Shown: positions 10,900 to 20,221, counted from the first letter of the stretch. The stretch: DNA of 64,000 nucleotides from an uncultured delta proteobacterium (GCA_963771465.1 CAVYTU010000014.1:160001-224000), one strand, 5' to 3'. The notes: generated from the letters alone by a model not told the origin. Numbers and translations: made by a program.

Positions 10900-11669
10900 A
10901 TAACGATCAAGGTAGCGGGCAATCGGCCGATGTCCAGATGCCCTTTACCTCCCATCTGGCCGAGCTGCGCAACCGCCTGGTTAAAAGCGTTCTCGCCGTC
11001 GCCGTGGCTTTCTTTGCATGCTATGCGTTCGTCGACACGATCTTTGAGCTCTTGGCGGCGCCGCTGCGCCGGCTCAGTATTCGCGGACTCACGTTAATCG
11101 GCACGGCGGTCACCGAGGCATTTTTTACCAAGATGAAGATTGCTTTCATCGCCGCGGTGATCGTCGCCGCGCCGGTGTTACTTTGGCAGGCCTGGCAATT
11201 CGTCGCGCCAGGACTATACGAACATGAAAAACGCTACAGCCGGAGCTTCGTGTTTTTCGGATCGTTCTTTTTCATTGGCGGCGTAGTCTTCTGCTATGAG
11301 GTCGTTATTCAACACGGACTCCATTTCTTGCTGCAACGTTACCAAGCCATCGACATTCAGCCGATGCTGCAGGTGGGCGATTACCTGTCGCTTGTGTCGC
11401 GCATGACCTTAGCCTTCGGCGTCATGTTCGAGTTGCCGGTGCTGAGTTTCTTTCTCGCGCGAGTCGGCTTGATCGACCACCGCTTTCTCTTGCGTCATTA
11501 CCGTTACGCGATTATCGTCATCGCTCTGCTCGCCGCGGTTTTGACTCCGCCGGATTTCATCTCGCAGATTTTGTTTATGATCCCGCTCAGCTTGCTCTAC
11601 GTGATCAGCATCGCGGTCGCCTACGCGGCACGCTTTAGAATGAATCGGCTGGAAAAGGCAGCGGAATAG
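10896..11669 (+). CDS. tatC: Twin-arginine translocase TatC
   Basis: [33 protein letters not shown]. Confidence 0.96.
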   Translation: MNNDQGSGQSADVQMPFTSHLAELRNRLVKSVLAVAVAFFACYAFVDTIFELLAAPLRRLSIRGLTLIGTAVTEAFFTKMKIAFIAAVIVAAPVLLWQAWQFVAPGLYEHEKRYSRSFVFFGSFFFIGGVVFCYEVVIQHGLHFLLQRYQAIDIQPMLQVGDYLSLVSRMTLAFGVMFELPVLSFFLARVGLIDHRFLLRHYRYAIIVIALLAAVLTPPDFISQILFMIPLSLLYVISIAVAYAARFRMNRLEKAAE

Positions 11670-11790
11670 TCCGGATCCCGAAGTTAGAGCAACTCTGATG
11701 TCGGTTGCTGGCTCAGCGGCAGAGACCCATGGCCCTTACAACGGAGGATCGCGCGCACGCTCTGAATCAATTTCAACTACGGAACGGAAT

Positions 11791-11828
11791 AAAAAAAAGC
11801 CGGCCCGTTTGTGACCCAACGGCCGGCT
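11791..11828 (-). terminator. Intrinsic terminator downstream of pdaD
   Basis: Minus strand reads AGCCGGCCGTTGGGTCACAAACGGGCCGGC-TTTTTTTT. Confidence 0.8.
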
Positions 11829-11848
11829 CTGATGAGGCAATCGCTAAT

Positions 11849-12409
11849 CTACTTCACTTCGCTGTCTTCATTGATAAACGCGCAGGCGGCAAAAACTGTG
11901 GTCCACAGCCCGTCTTTATTGCCAATGGCCGATTGGGTGATGTTCGAAGTGCGGACGATTTTCTCGGACATTTTGAAAAGCTGCTCGCGCTCGTCCCAGG
12001 CGGTGTCGGGATTGAACTCGATACCGAGAGTCGTCGCCAGCATGCTGGCGGCGAGATCCTCGGCATAGTCGCCGGCCTTTTCGTCGGTCTCGCCAAAGGA
12101 GTGATGCTCCGACAGATAGCCGTATTGGCTCTCATCGGAAGGAATCGCCACACCCACCGATGCCGCCACCAAACGATTGGGCTCATTGGTGCTTTCGCGG
12201 TCGTAGACGCAAAAAACGATCTCGCCGGGTCGCAGCAGCTTGACGCCTTCTTCCTTGGAGAGCCGCTTGCAGTAGGGCGGGTAGATACTCGACACCAACA
12301 CCAGATTACAGTAAGCCAAACCCGCCTGGCGCAACGCCAATTCGAAAGACGCCAACTTTTCCTTGTGGACGCCCACCCCTTTGGTAAAAAAAACTTTCTT
12401 CGGAATCAT
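11849..12409 (-). CDS. pdaD: Pyruvoyl-dependent arginine decarboxylase
   Basis: [20 protein letters not shown] (Ser-Ser self-cleavage site), [16 protein letters not shown]. Confidence 0.9.
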   Translation of the reverse strand: MIPKKVFFTKGVGVHKEKLASFELALRQAGLAYCNLVLVSSIYPPYCKRLSKEEGVKLLRPGEIVFCVYDRESTNEPNRLVAASVGVAIPSDESQYGYLSEHHSFGETDEKAGDYAEDLAASMLATTLGIEFNPDTAWDEREQLFKMSEKIVRTSNITQSAIGNKDGLWTTVFAACAFINEDSEVK

Positions 12410-12479
12410 GACGCGCTGCTATAACATGAATGAATGATACAGACAAGAATTCGCCGCTAAAAAAATGCTCTGGCCGAAT

Positions 12480-12983
12480 CTATTCGACGATCACCAGCAC
12501 CGCGCCGCCTTCCACCGTCTCGCCGGTTTTGACTTTGATCTCCTTGATCTCACCGGCGATCGGGCTATGCACCTCGTTTTCCATCTTCATCGCTTCGACG
12601 ATCACCAGACCTTGGCCTTTTTCCACTTGGTCGCCCTCGGCGACGAGCACGGCGATTACCTTGCCCGGCATCGGCACGGAAACTCTTTGCCGCCCTTGCA
12701 ACTCCGTCGCCGCCTGGTTGCCGCCCACCCGTATGCGCCGCTCGTCGACCAAATTAACATGATAACTGCGTCCGTCGACCAGTACGCGATATTCATCGTC
12801 GGTGTTGTCCACTTCGATCTCGAAGGAACGGTTGTCGACGATCAGGGAGTAATTGGTGCGGCCGGTCTTTTTGCCGTCGACGATGAACTCATTGCCGTCC
12901 ACCGACACGCGATAGACCGACTTGCCGGTCTCTTCGATCTCGACTTTGTAGCTCTGCTCGCCCAACCTGCCGATGAAAGCCAT
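12480..12983 (-). CDS. Biotin carboxyl carrier protein (biotinyl domain plus N-terminal domain) of an acyl-CoA carboxylase
   Basis: PMPGKV...EAMKMENE biotinylation motif. Confidence 0.92.
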   Translation of the reverse strand: MAFIGRLGEQSYKVEIEETGKSVYRVSVDGNEFIVDGKKTGRTNYSLIVDNRSFEIEVDNTDDEYRVLVDGRSYHVNLVDERRIRVGGNQAATELQGRQRVSVPMPGKVIAVLVAEGDQVEKGQGLVIVEAMKMENEVHSPIAGEIKEIKVKTGETVEGGAVLVIVE

Positions 12984-13001
12984 GTCTAGTCTCGAGCCAA
13001 T

Positions 13002-14534
13002 TTATGTCCGGCGCCAGCCGCCGGCGCCGCCGCGCCGCAGGCCGCTGCGCTTACCCTGCTCGCGCCACTTGGACGGTTCCGCCGCCCCCTTTGCCAACAG
13101 ACCCAACGTTAGCTCATGCTCGCTCAGCAACGCGGCGATCGCCGCCGACGCCAAGGCGATCTCTTTGTGCGGCAACACATCTTCGCTGTTGGAGCCGCGG
13201 TACTCTTCATCGATGAAGCCGGTATTGACGTTGCCGGACATGAAGCGCGGATGACGCAGTATCCATTGGTGAAAGGAGATATTGGTTTTGATGCCGCGCA
13301 CCTGATACTCGCGCAGTGCTCGGCGCATACGCAAGATCGCCTCGATACGGTTTTCGCCCCAAGTGATCAGCTTGGCGATCATCGGATCGTAGTAAATCGG
13401 CACCTCGGCGCCTTCGTAAACGCCGTTGTCATTGCGCAGGCCCAACCCTTCCGGCAAACGCAAGCCCTCAATCTTACCAGGGCAAGGCATGAAATCGCGC
13501 TCCGGGTCCTCGGCGTAAATGCGACACTCGATGGCGTGTCCGGTTTGCGTGATATGACGCTGGCGCCAAGGCAGATAGCCGCCCGCGGCGATCTCGATCT
13601 GCGCTTTGACCAGATCGATACCGACCACGCGTTCGGTGACGGCATGCTCGACCTGCAATCGCGTATTCATTTCGAGGAAATAAAAATTCTGCTCCGAATC
13701 CAGCAAGAATTCCAAAGTTCCGGCGCCGACGTAACCGACCGCGCGCGCGCCCTGGATGGCGATCCGACCGAGACGCCGGCGTGTGCGGTCTTCCAATCCC
13801 GGCGCCGGCGATTCTTCGATCACTTTTTGGTGGCGCCGTTGGATCGAGCACTCGCGGTCATAGAGATGAATCACCCGGCCGTACTTGTCGGCGAGAATCT
13901 GCATTTCAACATGGCGCGGTTTGACGATGAATTTTTCGACGTAGAGCCGCGCGTCGCCGAACGATGATGACGCTTCGGAACCCACAGCGCGATAGGCTGA
14001 AGAAACTTCGCGCCGCGATCGCACCATGCGCAATCCCTTGCCGCCGCCGCCGGCGACCGCCTTGAGCATGCAGGGATAACCGATGGACTCCATGGTATCT
14101 ATGACTTCTTGTTCGGAAGTCAGAATACCGTCGGAGCCCGGTACCACCGGCACGCCGGCCGCTTTCATGATCTGGCGCGCTTTGACTTTATCGCCCATCT
14201 GATCGATGACTTCCGGCGATGGACCGATGAAAACGATGCCTTCGTCTTTACAGCGCTGCGCGAATGCGGCGTTTTCAGCGAGAAAGCCATAGCCGGGATG
14301 AACCGCTTCGGCGCCGCTCTTTTTGCAGACGTCGATAATTCTATCGATGACTAAATAACTTTGCGTCGACGGCCCCGGACCGATCAAATACGCGTAGTCG
14401 CAATATTTGACATGGAGAGATTCGCGGTCCGCCTCGGAATAAACCGCCACGGACTCGATATCGAGCTCGCGGCAGGCGCGCGCGATGCGCACGGCGATCT
14501 CGCCGCGATTGGCGATCAGAATTCGCTTAAACAT
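13002..14534 (-). CDS. accC: Biotin carboxylase subunit of acetyl/propionyl-CoA carboxylase
   Basis: LIANRGEIA, HPGYGFLAEN, GGGGKG, RECSIQRRHQK, EMNTRLQVEH, YDPMIAK. Confidence 0.93.
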   Translation of the reverse strand: MFKRILIANRGEIAVRIARACRELDIESVAVYSEADRESLHVKYCDYAYLIGPGPSTQSYLVIDRIIDVCKKSGAEAVHPGYGFLAENAAFAQRCKDEGIVFIGPSPEVIDQMGDKVKARQIMKAAGVPVVPGSDGILTSEQEVIDTMESIGYPCMLKAVAGGGGKGLRMVRSRREVSSAYRAVGSEASSSFGDARLYVEKFIVKPRHVEMQILADKYGRVIHLYDRECSIQRRHQKVIEESPAPGLEDRTRRRLGRIAIQGARAVGYVGAGTLEFLLDSEQNFYFLEMNTRLQVEHAVTERVVGIDLVKAQIEIAAGGYLPWRQRHITQTGHAIECRIYAEDPERDFMPCPGKIEGLRLPEGLGLRNDNGVYEGAEVPIYYDPMIAKLITWGENRIEAILRMRRALREYQVRGIKTNISFHQWILRHPRFMSGNVNTGFIDEEYRGSNSEDVLPHKEIALASAAIAALLSEHELTLGLLAKGAAEPSKWREQGKRSGLRRGGAGGWRRT

Positions 14535-14542
14535 GCGCGGCA

Positions 14543-14623
14543 AGGCAACAGACAGCAGGCACTAGGCAATAGACAAGCCCTCGGCAAATCCTACTGTTGC
14601 CTGTTGCCTCACGCCTGTTGCCT
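14543..14623. repeat. Palindromic array of 7-bp units (AGGCAAC-type on the left arm, GTTGCCT on the right arm)
   Basis: aggcaac agacagc aggcact aggcaat agacaag ... gttgcct gttgcct cacgcct gttgcct, between pccB and accC. Confidence 0.75.
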
Positions 14624-14626
14624 TCT

Positions 14627-16174
14627 TTAGAGTGGAATATTGCCATGCTTCTTCGGTGGATTTTGATCTTGCTTGTTCTTGAGCATCTCCAAGGCGCGGA
14701 TCAAAGTCGGCCGGGTGTCCTCGGGATAAATCACGGCATCGATATAGCCCGACTCCGCCGCTTTGAACGGATTGGCGAAGGTTTCGCGATAATTGGTGAC
14801 CATCTCGTCGCGCGCCTTGGCCGGATCAGCGGCCTTTTGCAATGCGTCGCGAAAGACAATATTGATCGCGCCTTCCGGTCCCATGACCGCGATCTCAGCG
14901 GTGGGATAAGCCAAATTGATATCGCCGCGCAAATGTTTGCTCGACATGACAATATAGCCGCCACCGTAGGCCTTGCGGGTCACGATGGTCACCTTGGGAA
15001 CCGTCGCTTCCGCATAGGCGTAAAGCAATTTCGCACCGTGGCGAATGATGCCGTGATACTCTTGCTCGGTGCCGGGGAGAAATCCTGGCACATCGACAAA
15101 CGTGACGATCGGGATATTGAAGCAGTCGCAGAATCGAATGAAGCGGGCCGCTTTCACCGAGGCATTGATATCGAGACAACCGGCCAGGCTCGCCGGTTGG
15201 TTGGCGACGATGCCGATGGAGCGGCCGCCGAGACGCGCGAAGCCGACCAAGATGTTAAGGGCAAATTCATGCTGCACTTCGTAGAAGTATCCTTCATCGA
15301 CCACAGCGCCAATGAGTTCTTTCATATCGTAGGGCCGGTGCGGATTATCGGGAATCAAATCTTTCAAACGTTTGTCGCGCCGCAGCGGATCGTCGTTGGT
15401 CGGATGAAACGGCGGATCTTCTTGATTGTTGCTAGGTAGAAAACCGATCAGCTCACGAATCAACAGCAGACAGTCTTTTTCCGTGTTGGCGGTAAAATGC
15501 GACACGCCGCTCTTACCGCTATGAGTTTCCGCGCCGCCAAGCGCTTCCTTAGTCACATCTTCGTGGGTCACGGTCTTGATCACGTCGGGGCCGGTGATGA
15601 ACATGTAGCTGTTGGTCTTGATCATGAAGATAAAGTCGGTGATCGCCGGCGAATAAACCGCTCCGCCGGCGCAGGGCCCCATGATCGCCGTGATTTGCGG
15701 CACGACGCCCGATGCCATCACGTTGCGCTGAAATATATCGCCGTAGCCGGCCAAGCTATCGACGCCCTCTTGAATGCGCGCGCCGCCGGAATCGTTGATA
15801 CCGATCAACGGTGCGCCATTTTTCAGGGCCATGTCCATCACTTTACAGATTTTGTCCGCCACCACGCGGCTTAGGCTGCCGCCGAAGACGGTAAAATCCT
15901 GCGAGTAAACATAGACCAAACGGCCGTCGATGGCGCCGTAGCCGGTCACCACCGCATCGCCGAGAAATTTCTGTTTATCCAGTCCGAAATCCGTGCTGTG
16001 ATGCGTACGCAAGCGGTCGAGCTCGACGAAACTGCCGCTGTCGAGCAGGATGTCGAGGCGCTCGCGGGCGAGTAGTTTTCCTTGTTCGTGCTGCCGCCGG
16101 GCGCGCTCCGGGCCACCGCTGGCTTCCGCTTTTTGATTGAGCTCGCTCAGCTTGTCAAGATTGTCAGTCGTCAT
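14627..16174 (-). CDS. pccB: Propionyl-CoA carboxylase beta (carboxyltransferase) subunit
   Basis: [46 protein letters not shown] terminus. Confidence 0.92.
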   Translation of the reverse strand: MTTDNLDKLSELNQKAEASGGPERARRQHEQGKLLARERLDILLDSGSFVELDRLRTHHSTDFGLDKQKFLGDAVVTGYGAIDGRLVYVYSQDFTVFGGSLSRVVADKICKVMDMALKNGAPLIGINDSGGARIQEGVDSLAGYGDIFQRNVMASGVVPQITAIMGPCAGGAVYSPAITDFIFMIKTNSYMFITGPDVIKTVTHEDVTKEALGGAETHSGKSGVSHFTANTEKDCLLLIRELIGFLPSNNQEDPPFHPTNDDPLRRDKRLKDLIPDNPHRPYDMKELIGAVVDEGYFYEVQHEFALNILVGFARLGGRSIGIVANQPASLAGCLDINASVKAARFIRFCDCFNIPIVTFVDVPGFLPGTEQEYHGIIRHGAKLLYAYAEATVPKVTIVTRKAYGGGYIVMSSKHLRGDINLAYPTAEIAVMGPEGAINIVFRDALQKAADPAKARDEMVTNYRETFANPFKAAESGYIDAVIYPEDTRPTLIRALEMLKNKQDQNPPKKHGNIPL

Positions 16175-16369
16175 GAAGAAAAATTCCTTGGAGACGAGAT
16201 CGCAGCCGAGCCGCGAGAAAGTGTCGGCATCATAACAAAAGGCGCTTCCCTGTCAACTGAGTTTGCCATGAACACAACGTTAATTACCTTGAAGTTCACC
16301 AGCGAAATTGTTAGCGTGAACGCTCGTCGAGATCGAAATTGATTTTTTCTTACGAGTGCAGTCTTGGTC

Positions 16370-17554
16370 ATGTTTGAAGCTAAACTAAATCGTCAAAAAA
16401 ATATCGAGCCGCGCGAACCCGACCTCAAGCCGACCCAAGCGATCCTGCTTTACGCCGCCAGCGAAGGCGACGCGAACATGCTCTACGCCGCCGGTTTCTT
16501 CGTGCCCGATCCATTTATTTATTTTCAGCACAAGAAACTCAGCTATGTCGTGATGAGCGATTTGGAAATCGACCGCGCCAAGAAACAGGCTAAAGCCGAT
16601 CGGGTGCTGTCGCTGTCGCTCTATCAGCGCAAACTGCGCAAGCTCGGCAAGACGCCGGCGAGCGCGATCGATATTTTGGATTTGCTATTTCGCGAACGCG
16701 GGATCCGCTCGCTGATCGTGCCGGCGAATTTTTCCGCTTTGCTGTCCGATCAGTTGCGCGCCAAAGGCTACAGCGTACAGATCAAGCGCGATCCATTTTG
16801 GCCGAGGCGCGAGACCAAAAACCCCACGGAAGTAAAACAAATCACCGAATCGTTACGCATCGCTCGCCTAGGACTCGAAGCCGGCATCCGCATGCTCAAG
16901 CGCACGACAACCAAACGCGACGGCTATCTCTATCTCAACGGCTCGCGCTTAACTTCGGAGCTACTCAAAACCGCGGTGAACACGACGATCATGGCGCAAG
17001 GCTGGTTACCAAGCCACACGATTATTTCCTCAGGCAATCAGTGCGTCGATCCGCATCACGAGGGTAGCGGGCCGATCAAAGCTAATAGCTCGATCATCTT
17101 CGATATCTTTCCGCGCTCGCAGCATAACGGCTACTTCGGTGACTTGAGCCGCACGGTCGTGCGCGGCCGTGCTTCGGATAAAATCAAAGCGATTTACGCC
17201 ACCGTGCAAGCGGGACAAAAAATCGGCTACGAGCAAATCCGCGACGGCGTCAACGGCAAAGAAGTTCATCAAAATATTCTCGATATGTTCGCCGCGCGCG
17301 GTTTTCCTACCGGGAAAATCAACGGCCGCATGCAAGGTTTCTTTCACGGCACCGGCCATGGCCTTGGGTTGGACATACACGAGCCGCCGCGCATCGCGCC
17401 CATCGACGCGATCCTGCGCACCGGTCACGTTGTCACGGTGGAACCGGGACTTTATTATCTCGGCGTCGGCGGCGTCCGGCTCGAAGACGTCGTGGTCGTC
17501 ACCGCCAAGGGCAATCGCAATTTAACCAACTGCCCGCAGTTTCTGGAGATTTGA
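16370..17554 (+). CDS. Xaa-Pro aminopeptidase, M24 family
   Basis: DIFP...GYFGDLSRT, HGTGHGLGLDIHE, TVEPGLY, GVRLED. Confidence 0.92.
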   Translation: MFEAKLNRQKNIEPREPDLKPTQAILLYAASEGDANMLYAAGFFVPDPFIYFQHKKLSYVVMSDLEIDRAKKQAKADRVLSLSLYQRKLRKLGKTPASAIDILDLLFRERGIRSLIVPANFSALLSDQLRAKGYSVQIKRDPFWPRRETKNPTEVKQITESLRIARLGLEAGIRMLKRTTTKRDGYLYLNGSRLTSELLKTAVNTTIMAQGWLPSHTIISSGNQCVDPHHEGSGPIKANSSIIFDIFPRSQHNGYFGDLSRTVVRGRASDKIKAIYATVQAGQKIGYEQIRDGVNGKEVHQNILDMFAARGFPTGKINGRMQGFFHGTGHGLGLDIHEPPRIAPIDAILRTGHVVTVEPGLYYLGVGGVRLEDVVVVTAKGNRNLTNCPQFLEI

Positions 17555-17609
17555 TTCACATTTTAACTTGCCTCGATCCTTCCCATCGGGAGAACACGAA
17601 GCTACGTAT

Positions 17610-17785
17610 CGATCGAGGTGTGACTCTGGAGGAACGAAGGCATCAGCGCGAATATTTCAGTTCGTGTTCGGCGCTTGGCACAATGGTCGATCTTTGCACC
17701 AATAGTCTAAGCGGCAACTCGCCCCGCTCGCGGCTTCAAGGCAGAAAGGCTTTGCCTTCGTTCCGGAAGAGTTGCACCTCGATCG
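17610..17785 (+). other. 176-nt intergenic fold-back element (candidate structured RNA or MITE)
   Basis: CGATCGAGGTGTGACTCTGGAGGAACGAAGGCA (17610-17642) pairs with TGCCTTCGTTCCGGAAGAGTTGCACCTCGATCG (17753-17785), with two G-U pairs and a 3x3 GGA/GGA loop. Confidence 0.6.
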
Positions 17786-17815
17786 CGGCCGCACCGTGAA
17801 GAATTTGTTCTAGCG

Positions 17816-18550
17816 ATGGAAACCGACCGGCTTACCGCGCTCATTGCCGACTTAGATCATCCCGACAAACCCACCATTCGCGCCGCTGTCGACCAACTGA
17901 TCGGACTTGCCAGAGAGTCCGTCCAGGTGAGGACTGCTCTTGAGCAAAGACTCGTTGAGCTCGGGCATCGAGACTATTGGCCGGTCGCGTACGTTTTAGG
18001 CCATCTGCCCCAGCCATCCGGCGCGACGATTCGAAACTTACTCGACACCTTGGATCATCGCGAGCCGGATATTCGCTGGGCCATCGTTCTCTTGCTAGTT
18101 CGTATCGCCAAGACTGAGAGCTCCATCATCAATCTGCTGATCGAGCTGTGCGAAAATGGGACGACCAATCAGAAACGCATGGCGATCTACGGCCTGCGCG
18201 ACTTGGTCTTGAATGATGTGGTGAGCCTGCAGGCACTTCTAAGCTCACTGTCGGACCCTGACCCAACGGTAAGAGTCGCGGCGGCGACCAGCTTGAAGAA
18301 TCGAACCGACGACGCTGAGCGCGTGCGCGCTGCATTATTACAAAGCTATTTGCTTGATGTGGATATCAAAGTTCGCAGCGCCGCCGCCGTCACCTTGGCG
18401 AATATCGGATTGCCGTCGGAAGAGTTTTTGCGCGCGTTGAAGGAAGCGAGCGAAAGCGACAACAGCCAATCCAAAAAGGCCGCCACCGTCGCTCTCGCTT
18501 TGCTTGAAAAAAGAGAGCCCGCCTCAATCGCCGGCATGCGCCAACGTTGA
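17816..18550 (+). CDS. HEAT/PBS-lyase repeat protein
   Basis: Repeated L.D.DP.VR.AAA..L units (LDHPDKPTIRAAV, LDHREPDIRWAI, LSDPDPTVRVAAA, LDVDIKVRSAAA). Confidence 0.85.
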   Translation: METDRLTALIADLDHPDKPTIRAAVDQLIGLARESVQVRTALEQRLVELGHRDYWPVAYVLGHLPQPSGATIRNLLDTLDHREPDIRWAIVLLLVRIAKTESSIINLLIELCENGTTNQKRMAIYGLRDLVLNDVVSLQALLSSLSDPDPTVRVAAATSLKNRTDDAERVRAALLQSYLLDVDIKVRSAAAVTLANIGLPSEEFLRALKEASESDNSQSKKAATVALALLEKREPASIAGMRQR

Positions 18551-18557
18551 AGCGGGC
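18507..18557 (-). terminator. Intrinsic terminator of the small minus-strand transcript; overlaps the 3' end of the HEAT gene
   Basis: Minus strand reads GCCCGCTTCAAC...ATTGAGGCGGGC-TCTCTTTTTT. Confidence 0.7.
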
Positions 18558-18625
18558 CCGCTAGGTGGTCTGAGGGGGTTTACCAGGCTCTAGGCCCGAA
18601 CCCCTTCAAGAAGTCCGCCTAGAGC

Positions 18626-18667
18626 CTAAGTCTCAGCCACCTCACAGTCAGTACATTTATCAATCAT
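18626..18667 (-). CDS. 13-aa micro-ORF MIDKCTDCEVAET (CxxC)
   Basis: ATG ATT GAT AAA TGT ACT GAC TGT GAG GTG GCT GAG ACT TAG, starting 4 nt after AAAGGAGGTGGTCC. Confidence 0.55.
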   Translation of the reverse strand: MIDKCTDCEVAET

Positions 18668-18699
18668 GTCTGGACCACCTCCTTTCCCTGCTGAAAATT

Positions 18700-18728
18700 A
18701 GTTTACGAAAGTGAATTCGCGCTGTCAA
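18700..18728 (-). promoter_or_regulatory. Sigma70-type promoter
   Basis: TTGACA (18728-18723), 17-nt spacer, TAAACT (18705-18700). Confidence 0.75.
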
Positions 18729-18849
18729 CGGGAAAATTGCTAAGGCAAAATTTCCGCACAGCAAGTGCTGCTAGGATCGACAGATAAAAAGAAGTTGCTG
18801 AAGAAATAAAAATGCCACGTAGCAAGGTCGCCGACTCTGGCCCGCTACC

Positions 18850-19190
18850 GCGCGCGACGATTGATCTGTACTGATGATTATGTTTGGCACGAATTCATTG
18901 GCGGGAGCGATGGCGATGGGAAACCGAAAAGCGGCGTGCAGTATGAGGAGAAATAACGCCCAATCTTGAACCGTGCTGACTTGCAAACAGGCGGCAACTT
19001 AAACGGCGAACCACTGGGACTCTATCGCGAAGGCGTTAATCGAGTTGTGCGCGGTGCATAAATGGCGATCGGAATCTGCATTTGGCCGTTGACCTGGCGA
19101 TGGTCAACGAGCCGCTCTTCTTGCTGGTGACAGACCGCGTCCATCCCAACGACGCCGGCTGAATCGCATTGCCGAAGGCGTCGCGCGTTA
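18850..19190 (+). pseudogene. Degraded SGNH/GDSL hydrolase remnant
   Basis: Fragments LMIMFGTNSLA (block III-like) and LVTDRVHPNDAG (block V DxxH) followed by NRIAEGVAR*, interrupted by stops and shifts. Confidence 0.5.
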
Positions 19191-19252
19191 AAAACGATCC
19201 TGACACCGCGCTGAGCTCGTGTGAGAATTACAAGCCGGGCGGAACGGCAAAG

Positions 19253-19597
19253 CTAGTTTGCAACCGAGGCCGGGGCGATTTCAACCCGAAGTGAGAATAT
19301 TCTTTTTTCGGCGCGTGGAATCGCGCCCACCCCGACACTCTGGCGCGAGATAAGTTTACCGCTCTCATCGCGCACTTCCATCAAGACGAAATATTCCAAC
19401 ACTTCATTTTCACTGGAATTCTTGAGCGCGCCTTCCACCAGAAGCGCGCAGCGCTTTGGCTGAGCGCTTGGCGCCGCGCCGATGGAAACAAAACGCAGGT
19501 TATGACGGCAGAGCGGACAGGACGCCGCGCTTTTGAGAATCGTCGCCTGGCAGTGCGGACAGCTCCGTGATTCGCCCGCTACCGATACGGCTTTCAT
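19253..19597 (-). CDS. Zn-ribbon protein with a C-terminal beta-sandwich (FxLYD-like) domain
   Basis: CPHC...CPLC, then VEGALKN...EVRDESGKLI...F; ATGA overlap with the bactofilin stop codon. Confidence 0.7.
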   Translation of the reverse strand: MKAVSVAGESRSCPHCQATILKSAASCPLCRHNLRFVSIGAAPSAQPKRCALLVEGALKNSSENEVLEYFVLMEVRDESGKLISRQSVGVGAIPRAEKRIFSLRVEIAPASVAN

Positions 19598-20130
19598 CCC
19601 GCAGCTCCAGCTTTGTCTTTCGGCTGGGCTTGGCCATTGAACTTGGTGGCCTCGGTTGGGCTCCAGCCAAACTCGACATTGCCGCGCATCCGCGATCCCG
19701 CCGCCACGGTCAGCGTCGCGGCCTTGAGATCGCCGATCAGTTGGCCGCCTTCTAGGAGCTTTACCTGCGCACTGGCCACGATGTTGCCATCGACTTCGCC
19801 ACCGATGGTTACGTTGGCAGCGTCAATTTTGGCCGCGACGTGAGCGCCCTTCTCAACGCTAAAGTCGCCTTTGATATGAATGTCGCCTTTGAATTTGCCG
19901 GCGACATGCACGTCGGCGTCACCTTCAATTTTACCCTCGATGGTCACTCCCGGACCGAACACCGAGTTGCGCCGATCCCTCGCTACGTTTTCCTTGGGCG
20001 ACGCGATCGGAGTAACCGGCGTAACCGATGTAACCGGGGTAGAAATTACTGGCGCGGCACTCGATATCGGCTGCGAGGGTTGCGCTTTGTCGTTGCTTCC
20101 CTCTTGCGCGGGCTGGTTCCACAATGCCAT
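19594..20130 (-). CDS. Bactofilin (polymer-forming cytoskeletal protein)
   Basis: GVTIEGKIEG..DVHVAGKFKGDI...NVTIGGEVDGNI...GDLKAATL.V..GS beta-helix; AGGAGG RBS. Confidence 0.9.
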   Translation of the reverse strand: MALWNQPAQEGSNDKAQPSQPISSAAPVISTPVTSVTPVTPIASPKENVARDRRNSVFGPGVTIEGKIEGDADVHVAGKFKGDIHIKGDFSVEKGAHVAAKIDAANVTIGGEVDGNIVASAQVKLLEGGQLIGDLKAATLTVAAGSRMRGNVEFGWSPTEATKFNGQAQPKDKAGAAG

Positions 20131-20205
20131 TGGTAAATTCCTCCTGTCTAAGTTTTGCGGAGTTCTTGACGGTGATAAGCTTCCGAGTCAAATAGAGAAA
20201 AAAGC

Positions 20206-20221
20206 AGCAAGGGCAATGCCA
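20206..20221 (-). promoter_or_regulatory. Sigma54 (-24/-12) promoter candidate for the bactofilin operon
   Basis: TGGCATTGCCCTTGCT has the TGGCACGNNNNTTGCW spacing and lies about 75 nt upstream of the ATG. Confidence 0.6.

Larger units (their letters stand above)
18507..18693 (-). ncRNA. Candidate ~190-nt structured small RNA/mini-mRNA with an extended Shine-Dalgarno and a micro-ORF
   Basis: Bounded by a sigma70 promoter and a terminator; contains AAAGGAGGTGGTCC, a 12-bp hairpin (18584-18595/18617-18628) and the anti-SD segment CTCAGACCACCT. Confidence 0.6.

Noticed and set aside
17610-17785. 6S RNA
   Set aside because: The length fits, but the interior looks multi-branched rather than a central bubble plus long apical stem, and the usual zapA/ygfA context is absent. 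Not assigned without a covariance search.
18626-18667. Type I toxin or classical attenuator leader peptide
   Set aside because: The peptide is short, acidic and non-hydrophobic, and no co-oriented gene follows the terminator.
18672-18685. GGACCACCTCCTTT as a 16S rRNA 3'-end fragment
   Set aside because: No helix 44/45 or other rRNA sequence is adjacent; on the opposite strand it sits between a promoter and an ATG, so it is better read as an extended SD.
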